Shown in pieces: positions 15,968 through 25,452 of a stretch of 37,982 nt of DNA. Position 1 is the first letter of the stretch. Each line of letters opens with the position of its first letter. The notes under the pieces are model-generated. The model was not told the origin of the DNA, made no database searches, and saw nothing but the letters and a program-made list of their open reading frames with translations. The DNA is from an uncultured Candidatus Saccharibacteria bacterium (GTDB lineage Bacteria; Patescibacteriota; CPR2; UBA1875; CAZAFQ01): NCBI GenBank assembly GCA_964484885.1, contig CAZAFQ010000001.1, forward strand, positions 1 through 37,982, given 5' to 3'. The translations under genes were made by a program, and so were the position numbers.

Positions 15968-16561
15968 ATGAGCATATATACAAACGAGCAAAAAATCGAA
16001 GCAGTGCTTCAAAGAGAGTTAACAAACGAGGAGAAGGTAGTTGTCAGCGACGTAATCGAAGCAGTTGGGAAAGCGATAAATTCATATACGGGTAGAAGGT
16101 GGTTAGATTTAGATAAGGAGACAGCAGATGAGGAAGTTAGGCACTTCGATGGCAACGGAAAAAGAGAGCTTTTTATAAATGATTTTATCTCAATCTCTAG
16201 AATTAGATTTAAAGATTCTCTCGGCACAGTAACCAGCACCCTTCCGGCAAAATCATACATTTGCTATCCTGCTAACAGCAGTTGGAGAAATAGTGTATTT
16301 TTGAGAGACAGGTCATTCCCTAGAGTCAGATCAGGAGTCGAGATTAAAGGACTGTTCTATACGGGAGTCGTGCCGGTTGATATTCAGCTGGCTTCCTCAA
16401 CTCTAGTTGGTCACTTCTTTGCCTCATCAAGAAACGTAGGCGACTTCAAAAAGGAAAGCATTGAAGGCTATTCATATGAAATTTTGACAGGAGACGAGAA
16501 AACGTCACAAGACAAAGCAACTCTTAATAAAATAGATTATTGGAGAAAGGTTAATCTTTGA
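15968..16561 (+). CDS. head-tail connector (gp6/gp15-like) protein with C-terminal extension
   Basis: The N-terminus EQKIEAVLQRELTNEEKVVVSDVIEAVGKAINSYTGRRW fits the gp6-like connector pattern. SD AAGGA lies 5 nt upstream. Confidence 0.7.
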   Translation: MSIYTNEQKIEAVLQRELTNEEKVVVSDVIEAVGKAINSYTGRRWLDLDKETADEEVRHFDGNGKRELFINDFISISRIRFKDSLGTVTSTLPAKSYICYPANSSWRNSVFLRDRSFPRVRSGVEIKGLFYTGVVPVDIQLASSTLVGHFFASSRNVGDFKKESIEGYSYEILTGDEKTSQDKATLNKIDYWRKVNL

Positions 16562-16896
16562 TGCTTAACCACACTTTTGAGCAAACCGCTTCAATCATAA
16601 CCACTTCTTATAATGATGATGGCGACCAGTCTTTTGTTTCATCACTTGAGATAAAATGTAGGTTCAGGTGGATTACTGATTTAGAGCGACCCTCAAATAG
16701 GGAGGAGGTTAGAGCAGATGCAATGATGTGGGTAAAACCAAGCGAGATAATTTCAGAAGGGTGGATAATAAAATTCAAAGATGATTTTTTTAGGGTCAGG
16801 AGAGTGGTTGAAGCTAGACGATTAAGAGGCGATATAATTTATTTCAAAAAAGTTTTATTAGATAAATATGCACAAGGAATAGAGGTTGTCAGTTAA
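16561..16896 (+). CDS. head closure / head-tail adaptor-like protein
   Basis: Called from position and size. ATG at 16561 overlaps the TGA (TGATG). The ORF-track start at 16558 is a TTG. Confidence 0.55.
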   Translation: MLNHTFEQTASIITTSYNDDGDQSFVSSLEIKCRFRWITDLERPSNREEVRADAMMWVKPSEIISEGWIIKFKDDFFRVRRVVEARRLRGDIIYFKKVLLDKYAQGIEVVS

Positions 16897-17245
16897 ACAA
16901 GAAAACAATACTAGTGCAGTATTAAAAAATATTGAAGGCAAAATCGATTTAGTTTTATCATCAATGGTTACTGATATTTACCGATTGTCTCAACAGCAAG
17001 TGCCGGTTAGCGCTGGAGGCGGACACTTGCAGTCGTCTGGTCTTGCTAAAAGGGTCGGCAATTTAAAGTATGAGATAAAATACAACAAAGAATACGCCTC
17101 CTATCAGCACCGAGGTATGAGGCGAGATGGGACGCACGTTGTTAAAAATTATACCTATCCAGGCAAAAAATCACACTATCTAACTGACCCAGCAGAACAA
17201 ATATTAAAAAATCAAAACTCATATATTAAGCGTTTCATTAAATGA
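16886..17245 (+). CDS. HK97 gp10-like tail completion protein
   Basis: QQQVPVSAGGGHLQSSG resembles the vP.dTG.L motif. TTG start with AAGGA 7 nt upstream. Confidence 0.55.
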   Translation: MSVKQENNTSAVLKNIEGKIDLVLSSMVTDIYRLSQQQVPVSAGGGHLQSSGLAKRVGNLKYEIKYNKEYASYQHRGMRRDGTHVVKNYTYPGKKSHYLTDPAEQILKNQNSYIKRFIK

Positions 17246-17613
17246 CTATAATCAAAGACATACACAAATATCTAAAAGACAAAGGATTTAATATCTTTCG
17301 GTCTAAAGCACCTCTAAAAATAGAAGATGTGCTATGGATTGTGGAGTCACCTTCGTCTCCTCCAAGCTCAAGTTTAGGATATTACGAGCAAAACTTAGAT
17401 TTGTGGGCAAGATTTAGAGTAACAGACAACGCTAGAACACAGCTAGAGGAGGTGCAAAAACTAATACATAGGAAAGTAGCCTATAACACAGATAATTTTC
17501 ATGTTTATTTATCAGTCGCAAATGGACTTGTAACAGATATGGGCGAGGATGTTGAGGGTAGAGCTTTATTTACTTTGCCATTGAGATTTATTTATAGAGC
17601 TATAAAGAAATAA
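17242..17613 (+). CDS. tail terminator / DUF3168-like protein
   Basis: ATGA coupling. Called from size and position. Confidence 0.5.
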   Translation: MTIIKDIHKYLKDKGFNIFRSKAPLKIEDVLWIVESPSSPPSSSLGYYEQNLDLWARFRVTDNARTQLEEVQKLIHRKVAYNTDNFHVYLSVANGLVTDMGEDVEGRALFTLPLRFIYRAIKK

Positions 17614-17614
17614 T

Positions 17615-17947
17615 ATGAATGAACTAAATCTAGACGAATTGCTCCCAGAACCAAGAAAGGTGTTTCTAAACGGAAAAGAATATGAGTGCAAGCACCCAAC
17701 GGTAGAACAGATGTTGAGAATAGCAGATTTAGAAAGTAAGCTAAGAGGCGTAAAGTCGGCAACAGAAGCAATAAACTTAATCAATGAGTCGATTAAACCG
17801 ATTATGCCAGAAATAGAGGATATGAGTTTAACCAAGGAGCAGTTGTTCGGTTTGATAAGTTTCATAATCACAGGAACTAAGCCAGAAAGACTACAAAAGG
17901 CGAGCGGTATAACGCCAAAAAAAAAATTAGATTCTCAAAAGCAATAG
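17615..17947 (+). CDS. tail assembly chaperone (G-like)
   Basis: Lies directly upstream of the tape measure gene. Ends with an A10 slippery run. Confidence 0.7.
   Translation: MNELNLDELLPEPRKVFLNGKEYECKHPTVEQMLRIADLESKLRGVKSATEAINLINESIKPIMPEIEDMSLTKEQLFGLISFIITGTKPERLQKASGITPKKKLDSQKQ
17917..17926 (+). promoter_or_regulatory. A10 slippery run for -1 programmed frameshift (G to G-T chaperone)
   Basis: CCA AAA AAA AAA TTA in frame 0. The -1 frame is open from 17881 through 18225 (checked codon by codon). Confidence 0.6.
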
Positions 17948-17949
17948 CT

Positions 17950-18225
17950 TTGTTTTTACATCATTACAGGGCGTACACCTATCAAGATTTACTAAAAGAA
18001 AAAGCAATTATCTTTTATGTATTACTAGATGAAGCGATGATAATTGAAGCAGAGGATAATTATTTTACACTTTACTCTAGCATTTTTAATAAGTTCAAAA
18101 ATAATATTGTTAGTGAAAAATTAAAAAAACTATCAAGAATTTTCGCAGGGGATATAGCAGATGACAACAGAGAACATGATATAATTAAAGACAGGGAACA
18201 ATTAAAAAATATATTAAAAAAATAG
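17950..18225 (+). CDS. T segment of the tail assembly chaperone (expressed as a -1 frameshift fusion)
   Basis: It has no ATG or SD of its own (the track start is a TTG). Its frame is continuous upstream to the slippery run. Confidence 0.6.
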   Translation: MFLHHYRAYTYQDLLKEKAIIFYVLLDEAMIIEAEDNYFTLYSSIFNKFKNNIVSEKLKKLSRIFAGDIADDNREHDIIKDREQLKNILKK

Positions 18226-18258
18226 AGACCCCAGCGTGAGTCCAAATAAAGGAGCACA

Positions 18259-21060
18259 ATGCCAGATAAAATCGGCTCAATAATTTGGACAATTTCAGCC
18301 AAGACAGACGAACTCCGACAGGGATTAAAAACAGCCCTGGATAAAGTTAATATTTTCAAATCCAGCACAGAAAGTGCTGATAGGTCTAGTAGTAGTTTTG
18401 AAAGCACCATTGGACTGCTCTCTCAGTCTTTTACAAGCCTTGATAAATCAATATCAGAATCAGAGCAACAGGTTTCTCAGTTTGGAAAAACAAACGAGGA
18501 AGTAAGTTCTGTGTTTCAGCGACACATGGCTGAGGAAGCCGAGATAAGAGCTGGAGCTACTGATGAGATTAACAGAATGACTGATGAGATGTTTGGAACG
18601 TCTTATGCAACAGAATCAGCTAGCCAGTCTACAACTCAGTTTGCAGAAGCCTTAAAACGAGTCGACGAGGAAGCGAGGGCTTCTCAAAAAAACATCTTGT
18701 CTTTAAAAAGTGCGGTTGAGGGATTAGTAACTGGATATATGGCTCTTAGAGCAGTTAGATGGATCGCAGACCAGCTTCGTGAGTCGGTAGATATTGCTGG
18801 TCAAACCGAAAGAGCAATGGCTTTAACAAAGTCAACCATTGAAGCTACCGGAATGACCGCAGGTATAACGGCAGAAAAGATTAGAGAAATGGCTAATGAG
18901 ATACAAAGAAACACAGCTATTTCTAGTGACTCTGCGCAAGCTGGCATGAACATGCTTCTTGAATATACTCGTATCGGCGAGAATGTGTTCCCTAAAGCTA
19001 CAGAAGCAATGCTAGATATGGCTACCGCCATCAATGGTGGAGTTATCCCCTCAGCCACTCAGCTTGAATCGTCTGCCAAACAAATCGGCTCAGCACTAAA
19101 CGATCCTATCAATGGAGTTAGACGACTTACTCAATCAGGAATAACTTTTACTGAGCAACAAAAAGAACAAATCAGAACGCTAGTAGAATCTAATAGATTG
19201 GTAGAGGCACAAGGAGTCATTCTAGAAAGACTAGCTGTATTTCAAGGTTCAGCAGAAGCACAAGCAGAAACATATCAGGGCAGAATTGCCAGTTTAAACA
19301 ACGAATTTAACGATATAAAAAGAATAATCGGTCAAGCAGTTATACCAGCTATTGAGCATTTTATAGAAGGCTTGAGTGTTGGCGGAACTGCAAGCGAAGG
19401 TCTTGTGTTTGCAATTAGGGGTCTTATCTCGGCTTTTACTGGTTTAATTACGATAGCGAGAATGGCTGGGATAGCCATAAGCACCGCATTATCGGCAGGA
19501 TTTGCACTAATTCAAGGGGATTTTCAAACTGCTAAAAATGCCCTAAAGGTTGGGCTTGAAGATATTGTTCAAGAAGGAGTTAAAACACAGGAATCTTTAA
19601 CAAAGATTTGGAGTAGTGAAGCTTCTAAACAAACTGATTATTCTTTAGCAAACTATAAAGAACAAGAGCAAGGCTCTAGTTCTAAAAGTCAAAAGATTAT
19701 TGATGATCTAGAAAAAGAAACTGAGGCATATAGACGAGCAGTAGAAAAAAGACAGGTTCAGTTTGAGCGATCAATGGCTGACTTGATTTGGGCACATCAA
19801 GATAAGGTCAAACAGTTGAGAGAGGATTTAAGAAATGAGCAAGACACATTTTCAACAATAATGGACGAGAGGACTAAAAAGTTTAATGAGTCAATGCTTG
19901 AGATGGAGCAGTCTCATCTAAAAAAAGTAGAAACAATAGAAAAACAACTCGCTAGAGAGGAGCAAAAACAAGACGACAAGGTGGCTGAAGCGCTTAACAA
20001 GGGTCAAAAACAACTAGATGAGGAGGAAAAGTTATTTTCTAAGCGTGAAGCAATAATTGAGTCGCAAATAGAGTCTGAACTTGCTAAGGGGGAATGGGCG
20101 AGCGACTCAGTTTTAGAAACCCTGAGACGACGCCTTGATAATGAGAGAGCTATTCATGGCATAAAGGTTGATGAGATAAAAAATCAAATTGACGAGGAAA
20201 CTAAAAAAGCTATTGATGCCCACGCCTACAGGATTGAAGACTTACAAGAAAAACTAAGCGAAGCAACAGCGAGTAACAAAAAAGAAAAAGAGGGCAGGGA
20301 ACTATCTTATGAAGAGGAAACCACTAAACTACTAAGAGAACATCAACAAAGAGTCAGTAATTTTCAGTCAAGCCTAGATGAAGAGCTATCCATATTAGAC
20401 AGACATCAAGATAGTGTTGATATGGTGAAAGACCAAGCCAGACTTGACGATATTGCTCGACTAAAAAGACAGTTTAGCGAACAGGCAAAAGAGGAGGAAA
20501 TTAATCATCGGCAACGAATGAACGACATCAGGAATAGAGGCTCTGAGGCGGGAGTTTCTTATGGACAGTTTTTTAATGACGGACTAAGAGGGATTATACC
20601 AGAAGTACAAAATACCTCTAGAAATATTGCCGACACTCTTAAAAGAACAGCTCAGGCAACCTCTAATAGTGACGGCAGAACTTTGGGTCAACTTTTTATG
20701 GACGGGATTAAGTTTTCGATTGAGAGCAATAAATATAGTTTAAAAAATCAAATTGAAGACGCATTGAAGTTTTCTATAAGTCCGGTTTGGGGCATAACTA
20801 GTGCTATTGGTAACTTGCTTGGCACTAAAGGGTATCCAGCTTTTGCTGACGGAGTTACTAATTTTGGTGGAGGTTTAGCACTAGTCGGAGAAAGAGGACC
20901 AGAAATAGTAAATTTACCAAAAGGCTCAGATGTAATCCCTAATGAGAAAATAGGAGAAATAGGTGGTAATATAGTTATAAACATTGACCAGGTTAATGAT
21001 AAGAGTGATGTTGACATGCTCATTAGAGAGTTAGGGTTCAAGCAATCAATTATGCATTAA
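18259..21060 (+). CDS. tail tape measure protein, 933 aa
   Basis: Supported by size, an SD AAGGAG, a TP901-type core (ALTKSTIEATGMTAGITAEKIREMANEIQRNTAISS...) and long coiled coils. Confidence 0.9.
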   Translation: MPDKIGSIIWTISAKTDELRQGLKTALDKVNIFKSSTESADRSSSSFESTIGLLSQSFTSLDKSISESEQQVSQFGKTNEEVSSVFQRHMAEEAEIRAGATDEINRMTDEMFGTSYATESASQSTTQFAEALKRVDEEARASQKNILSLKSAVEGLVTGYMALRAVRWIADQLRESVDIAGQTERAMALTKSTIEATGMTAGITAEKIREMANEIQRNTAISSDSAQAGMNMLLEYTRIGENVFPKATEAMLDMATAINGGVIPSATQLESSAKQIGSALNDPINGVRRLTQSGITFTEQQKEQIRTLVESNRLVEAQGVILERLAVFQGSAEAQAETYQGRIASLNNEFNDIKRIIGQAVIPAIEHFIEGLSVGGTASEGLVFAIRGLISAFTGLITIARMAGIAISTALSAGFALIQGDFQTAKNALKVGLEDIVQEGVKTQESLTKIWSSEASKQTDYSLANYKEQEQGSSSKSQKIIDDLEKETEAYRRAVEKRQVQFERSMADLIWAHQDKVKQLREDLRNEQDTFSTIMDERTKKFNESMLEMEQSHLKKVETIEKQLAREEQKQDDKVAEALNKGQKQLDEEEKLFSKREAIIESQIESELAKGEWASDSVLETLRRRLDNERAIHGIKVDEIKNQIDEETKKAIDAHAYRIEDLQEKLSEATASNKKEKEGRELSYEEETTKLLREHQQRVSNFQSSLDEELSILDRHQDSVDMVKDQARLDDIARLKRQFSEQAKEEEINHRQRMNDIRNRGSEAGVSYGQFFNDGLRGIIPEVQNTSRNIADTLKRTAQATSNSDGRTLGQLFMDGIKFSIESNKYSLKNQIEDALKFSISPVWGITSAIGNLLGTKGYPAFADGVTNFGGGLALVGERGPEIVNLPKGSDVIPNEKIGEIGGNIVINIDQVNDKSDVDMLIRELGFKQSIMH

Positions 21061-21061
21061 T

Positions 21062-21826
21062 ATGAAACAATTAAAAATAACAGACAAAGACACATCTAAA
21101 TCGTTTACTTTTTTTGATAACTCAAATGGAACAATACTCCAATCTTTTAATGGCTTTGAGTATCCAGAGGTCTTGTGCTCAATCGAGGATGTTAGCGGAG
21201 TAGGAGGGGCAAACTACGTTACTTCAAAATTTGGTAGGCGAAGAATGTCTTTTCAGGGTGATTTAGTTGGGTCTAACAAGTTTTTACAAAGAAGGGAGTT
21301 GTTGTCTGCACTTCGTCAAAGGGGAAAAATGAAGCTTTTTCAAATAACAACCTATGATAACCTTGAACTTGAGTTTGAGGCTGAAATCGTGCGACTCACA
21401 ATGCCCTACACACACCAAATTCACTCTTTTCTATTCGAGATTCAAGCTCCAGACTGGCGATTTTATTCACAAGACGACTATGATGAAATTTTTAATGCTA
21501 ATGATGAACTGACAGTTACAAACTCAGGAACAGAGCTTACACAGCCGGTTTTTAGTATAGTTGGTCCCGCTGTGGGAGTTGAGGTTGGAAATATAAGCAC
21601 TGGAGAGTCATTCCAAATAGATAGTCTTGCCGATGGAGAGATAGCAGTCGTGGATGTTTTAGAAAGAGTTGTGACCCTAGGCGGTGAAAGGGAATTTTCT
21701 ATATTTACCGGTGATTTTTTTGGTTTACAGCCTGGAAAAAACATTATAGAATTTTCAGTAGCTTCTGGGGACAGCCCCAACACTCAAATGAGAGTTGATT
21801 ACAAATTTGCTTATTTAGGAATCTAA
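21062..21826 (+). CDS. distal tail protein (Dit-like)
   Basis: Lies immediately after the TMP. Size fits (254 aa). Confidence 0.6.
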   Translation: MKQLKITDKDTSKSFTFFDNSNGTILQSFNGFEYPEVLCSIEDVSGVGGANYVTSKFGRRRMSFQGDLVGSNKFLQRRELLSALRQRGKMKLFQITTYDNLELEFEAEIVRLTMPYTHQIHSFLFEIQAPDWRFYSQDDYDEIFNANDELTVTNSGTELTQPVFSIVGPAVGVEVGNISTGESFQIDSLADGEIAVVDVLERVVTLGGEREFSIFTGDFFGLQPGKNIIEFSVASGDSPNTQMRVDYKFAYLGI

Positions 21827-21827
21827 C

Positions 21828-22376
21828 ATGACACTAACATTCGATTGGTATTTACAAGGCTCATCAGATACCAAAATTGATGATACTGACAAACTTTTAT
21901 TTTCATCTGGTGAGTTTGACGAGAGAATAGTGGCAGGAAAATGCAACGACTCAACCCATGTTAAAACTGACGTTGGGGCTAATAAATCAGACGGGAACTC
22001 ACCAAATAACAACAAGTATCTGACAAACAGCACAGCTTCTTTAAACGGAGGATTGCCACGAAATATAAACACAGTTCTTGACTCTGAGGCAACTATTAAA
22101 CTAGAGCTTAACCTAGGAGATGACTTTCAAGTAGAGGACGCTATTTTTTACGCCTATCAGGAAAGTAGCAATGTATCTCCCGATGGGTTGATATTCTATT
22201 CAGCTGAGACCGGAAACTCTAAATGGAGTGATATCGGAGGCAGAGGAAACGCTCTCGAGCTGGGTGACAAAACAATAGACAGCAACAAACAAACTTATTA
22301 CTTACTTGCTAGTGTTTGCCTAACCGCAGGAGGAAGGCAAACTGGCACAATGAAGTTTGAAGGAGTTATAAAATGA
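21828..22376 (+). CDS. hypothetical tail/baseplate protein
   Basis: Tightly packed intact ORF in the tail module. Confidence 0.55.
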   Translation: MTLTFDWYLQGSSDTKIDDTDKLLFSSGEFDERIVAGKCNDSTHVKTDVGANKSDGNSPNNNKYLTNSTASLNGGLPRNINTVLDSEATIKLELNLGDDFQVEDAIFYAYQESSNVSPDGLIFYSAETGNSKWSDIGGRGNALELGDKTIDSNKQTYYLLASVCLTAGGRQTGTMKFEGVIK

Positions 22377-22576
22377 ATTTTGACAAAGATTTACCAGACC
22401 ATTTCTTTTTTAAAAGTTGGACCAAGCCTAAAAAAATAAATTATTTGCACCCGTTCAGTACGGAAAGAGGCTCGGTAAACAAAGATAAGGTCTATTCTGT
22501 TGCAGAGCTTGAGTTTGATAGTTATAAAATACAAATTTGCATAGATGGCGAAAGCTGTTGGATTAAAAAATGCTAG
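22373..22576 (+). CDS. hypothetical protein, 67 aa
   Basis: ATGA coupling. Confidence 0.5.
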   Translation: MNFDKDLPDHFFFKSWTKPKKINYLHPFSTERGSVNKDKVYSVAELEFDSYKIQICIDGESCWIKKC

Positions 22577-23751
22577 GATTTACACCAATAGGAGCAAGTC
22601 CAGTAGGAGCAGTACTAAGCTTTCAGTTCGCATGGGTTTCTAGTAGAGAATGGGAAACTAGGGGGCAAGAAAAGGTTATTACTGATATTGAGTTTGAAGC
22701 AAGCGGAATAAAAATATTTCACAAACCGCTTGATTATAGGGTGTTAGTCAAAGATGAAACTGGAAAGACTGTTGGTCAAGTAAATTATAGAACTATTTCG
22801 TTTAACAAGAGATTAAATAACTATGGTCAGGCAGATTTCGACATTAGAGTAAACAAAAGTTACGACTTAATAGATTTACGAAAAAACACCATTGAAATTT
22901 ATCGGGATTATGACAGGGACAGAAACTTAGTCTGGGCTGGTGAGCAAGCGGTTCGCCGAAGCCAACTAAACTCTAAGGGCAATAATTGGTCAGAGGTTAC
23001 CTGTTATACGTGGTTTGAGCAATTGTTTCATAGATTTACCGAGGAGTTTGAAAGATATGAATTGGAGGACGCAGGAGACGTTATTAACGGGCTAATAGCT
23101 TCTACACAAGCTAAGCCAGACGGAAGTTTTAATATTATAGAAGGCACTATTGACGAAACTTATCTGGCAGACATTATTTATCAAAATGACAATATAGGGG
23201 GCGCAATTTTAGGACTTGCAGATGGAGGACTGGATTTTGAGATAACCGATGAAAAAAAACTAAATATTTCAAGTATTATCGGCGAGGATAAAACAAATGA
23301 CGTGATCATAGAGTATGGACACAATGTTACCAACATGACAATTACCGAGGACTTTAGTCAACCTGCCAACCAATCTTTAGTTTTGGGAGAGGTGATAGAG
23401 GATGAGAACATCCAAAGAATTGAAAGAACCAATACTACTTTAAGAAGTGAGTATAAGTTAAGACAAACTAGGCTTAACCAGCTAGAGCCTGCTATTTTAG
23501 CAATATTTGAGGATAAAGGGGACGCCTCTATTCGAAAGCTTGGCAGACCTTTGATTAAAGTTGATTTTAACTTGATTAAAAACATTACTCCATCAATTGA
23601 CAAATTTACGGTTGGTGATGGAATTAGACTAATAGTCAAAGACGGAGTTTATGATATTGACGAGGAGTATCGAGTTTTTGAGTGGCAAGTAACTTTCGAT
23701 AAACAGAATACAGAAAAATTATCACTCATTTTAGGAAAATTCACAATATGA
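22570..23751 (+). CDS. tail-associated (Tal/baseplate hub-like) protein
   Basis: Called from position downstream of Dit and from size (393 aa). Confidence 0.5.
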   Translation: MLGFTPIGASPVGAVLSFQFAWVSSREWETRGQEKVITDIEFEASGIKIFHKPLDYRVLVKDETGKTVGQVNYRTISFNKRLNNYGQADFDIRVNKSYDLIDLRKNTIEIYRDYDRDRNLVWAGEQAVRRSQLNSKGNNWSEVTCYTWFEQLFHRFTEEFERYELEDAGDVINGLIASTQAKPDGSFNIIEGTIDETYLADIIYQNDNIGGAILGLADGGLDFEITDEKKLNISSIIGEDKTNDVIIEYGHNVTNMTITEDFSQPANQSLVLGEVIEDENIQRIERTNTTLRSEYKLRQTRLNQLEPAILAIFEDKGDASIRKLGRPLIKVDFNLIKNITPSIDKFTVGDGIRLIVKDGVYDIDEEYRVFEWQVTFDKQNTEKLSLILGKFTI

Positions 23752-24008
23752 GCCTAAACACTATTGAGCAAGACAACATTTTAGAGGTTGTAGCTAGACA
23801 AGAGCAGAGGATAGCTCAGCTTGAGGCTATGCTAAATGGTCAGGGAATACGAATGGCAAGAATAGCTGACGCCTCTATTACTGACGCAAAAATACAAAGC
23901 CTAAGTGCAGACAAAATAACTACCGGCACTTTAAGCGTAGGGGTAACTATTAGAATTAGAAATGAAGCCGATACTGCTGACCAAGGAGCTATCGGGTATT
24001 TGGGATAA
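23748..24008 (+). CDS. tail fibre-associated protein with SADKITTGTLSVG motif
   Basis: ATGA coupling. The motif is shared with the next gene. Confidence 0.6.
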   Translation: MSLNTIEQDNILEVVARQEQRIAQLEAMLNGQGIRMARIADASITDAKIQSLSADKITTGTLSVGVTIRIRNEADTADQGAIGYLG

Positions 24009-24009
24009 T

Positions 24010-24576
24010 ATGCCAAAAGGACTAAATATCATCGAAAGAGCCAAGCTAACCAGAAGGCTACAAGTAAATCAAAGGAGGCTAAATAAACTAGATGAGCTGT
24101 TTGCAGGTCAGCCAGTAGGAACAGCCAAGTTTTTAGATTTATCTATTACTTTAGCAAAAATAGCAGGTGTTTCAGCCGATAAGATAACTACTGGGACTTT
24201 ATCGGTGGGGGAGCAAATTATTATTAACGACGGGACAACCGATAGAGTTTTAATTTCAAGAGATGATATAAGAATTTCTAAGCCAGGAGTAGATGTAAAA
24301 AAGAACATAACAGAAACAAATAAGAAGGATTTTATTCTATTGAGTTTAACTGAGCTACACAAAATGAGATTTGCGGGATTTGTTACTGGAGGAAGCTACA
24401 CACACAATTTAGGGAAAGTGCCTGTTTACTTTGCTTGGAAAGTAGATAGTGTTGTTACTCCAACCAAGTTTAGTCTTTTAGCAACTGATTCTATACCAAA
24501 GGCAACCTCAACTAAGATAATTGATTTACCAAATCCAGCCTATTTAATTATTTTTAACGAAGGGTTCAATCCATGA
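24010..24576 (+). CDS. tail fibre-associated protein (paralogous N-terminal motif)
   Basis: ATG 24010 follows the upstream TAA by 1 nt. The track start at 23962 would overlap by 47 nt. Contains VSADKITTGTLSVG. Confidence 0.6.
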   Translation: MPKGLNIIERAKLTRRLQVNQRRLNKLDELFAGQPVGTAKFLDLSITLAKIAGVSADKITTGTLSVGEQIIINDGTTDRVLISRDDIRISKPGVDVKKNITETNKKDFILLSLTELHKMRFAGFVTGGSYTHNLGKVPVYFAWKVDSVVTPTKFSLLATDSIPKATSTKIIDLPNPAYLIIFNEGFNP

Positions 24577-24992
24577 GCAATTATGGCTTTATTTGGACAG
24601 ATGGAACTGATATAAGCGATGCAGAACTGAAAAATATCATAATAAGTTCTGAACATCCTTGCCTAAAGTTTGCAGAAAGCGGAACTGGAAGTGTCACATA
24701 TACCCACGACGGTAGATATCAAGATGTATTAATAAAGGCGCACAATCTTGGATATGAGCCAATGTTTTATTTTGCAACGCAATGGCTTGACATAAATACA
24801 AACAATTTAGTAACCAATTACAGAAGAGGACCTTTTACAGATTCTTTATCAGGAAGAAGTATTTATTTTACAGCTAATGCCTATTCGACCACCACCCAAC
24901 TAAGACTTTCTATTGGCTCTTTTACTGGCTCTGGAGCTAAGTCAGTAACAGCCAAATATATGTATCTTATTTATTACGATCCAGACTTATGA
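24573..24992 (+). CDS. hypothetical baseplate/fibre protein
   Basis: ATGA coupling. Confidence 0.55.
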   Translation: MSNYGFIWTDGTDISDAELKNIIISSEHPCLKFAESGTGSVTYTHDGRYQDVLIKAHNLGYEPMFYFATQWLDINTNNLVTNYRRGPFTDSLSGRSIYFTANAYSTTTQLRLSIGSFTGSGAKSVTAKYMYLIYYDPDL

Positions 24993-25435
24993 GCAGAGGA
25001 ATCAAATTTGCTAAAGATGGAAAAACCATCGCCTCAACAAACCCAGATGATTATAATTTTTGGACAGCCTATCCGCCTCTTAATTTTCTTGAAAAAAAAA
25101 GCACAACAGTTACAGCCAAACCAAGTGTTAAGAGTGGCACAAAAGTGGTTTCTCATAGCTATGGTTTCAGTCCTGTGGTTTTTGTGGAAGTACAGAAGCA
25201 AGGAGGCACAAAATATTTATTGCCGGCTCAAGAATTTGATTACATTGCTTGTGATTTTGGACTTTACCAGGTTTTGCAGTTTGGTTATTCAGTTTTTGAC
25301 AGCAAGGTTGAAGTTTATTGGACAGCCGATTGCGCTCTAATGGGAAGCAGTTATGGAGTACTTTATGATCAGGTATTTAATATCTATCTTTATTTTTATT
25401 TATGGGAACTTGGAAAGACCTTTCCATTTTCTTAA
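24989..25435 (+). CDS. hypothetical baseplate/fibre protein
   Basis: ATGA coupling. Confidence 0.55.
   Translation: MSRGIKFAKDGKTIASTNPDDYNFWTAYPPLNFLEKKSTTVTAKPSVKSGTKVVSHSYGFSPVVFVEVQKQGGTKYLLPAQEFDYIACDFGLYQVLQFGYSVFDSKVEVYWTADCALMGSSYGVLYDQVFNIYLYFYLWELGKTFPFS
25411..25433 (+). terminator. weak terminator-like hairpin
   Basis: TGGAAAg-ac-cTTTCCA followed by TTTTCTT. It overlaps the 3' end of the ORF. Confidence 0.4.
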
Positions 25436-25437
25436 TA

Positions 25438-25446
25438 TGATATACT
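25438..25446 (+). promoter_or_regulatory. extended -10 promoter TGaTATACT
   Basis: Identical 9-mer to 15889, in the same hairpin-then-promoter arrangement. Confidence 0.5.
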
Positions 25447-25452
25447 AATTGT

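Noticed and set aside
15904-16095. 63-aa ORF starting right at the predicted late-promoter start site and overlapping the connector gene.
   Set aside because: The connector gene at 15968 has a good SD and a recognisable N-terminal family pattern. The 63-aa product is basic and low-complexity and overlaps it out of frame by 128 nt.
25008-25340. Alternative-frame + strand ORFs (25008..25340, and also 5079..5267).
   Set aside because: They are embedded out of frame in genes with clear coupling or motifs (the epimerase, a baseplate gene). They have no RBS and odd composition.
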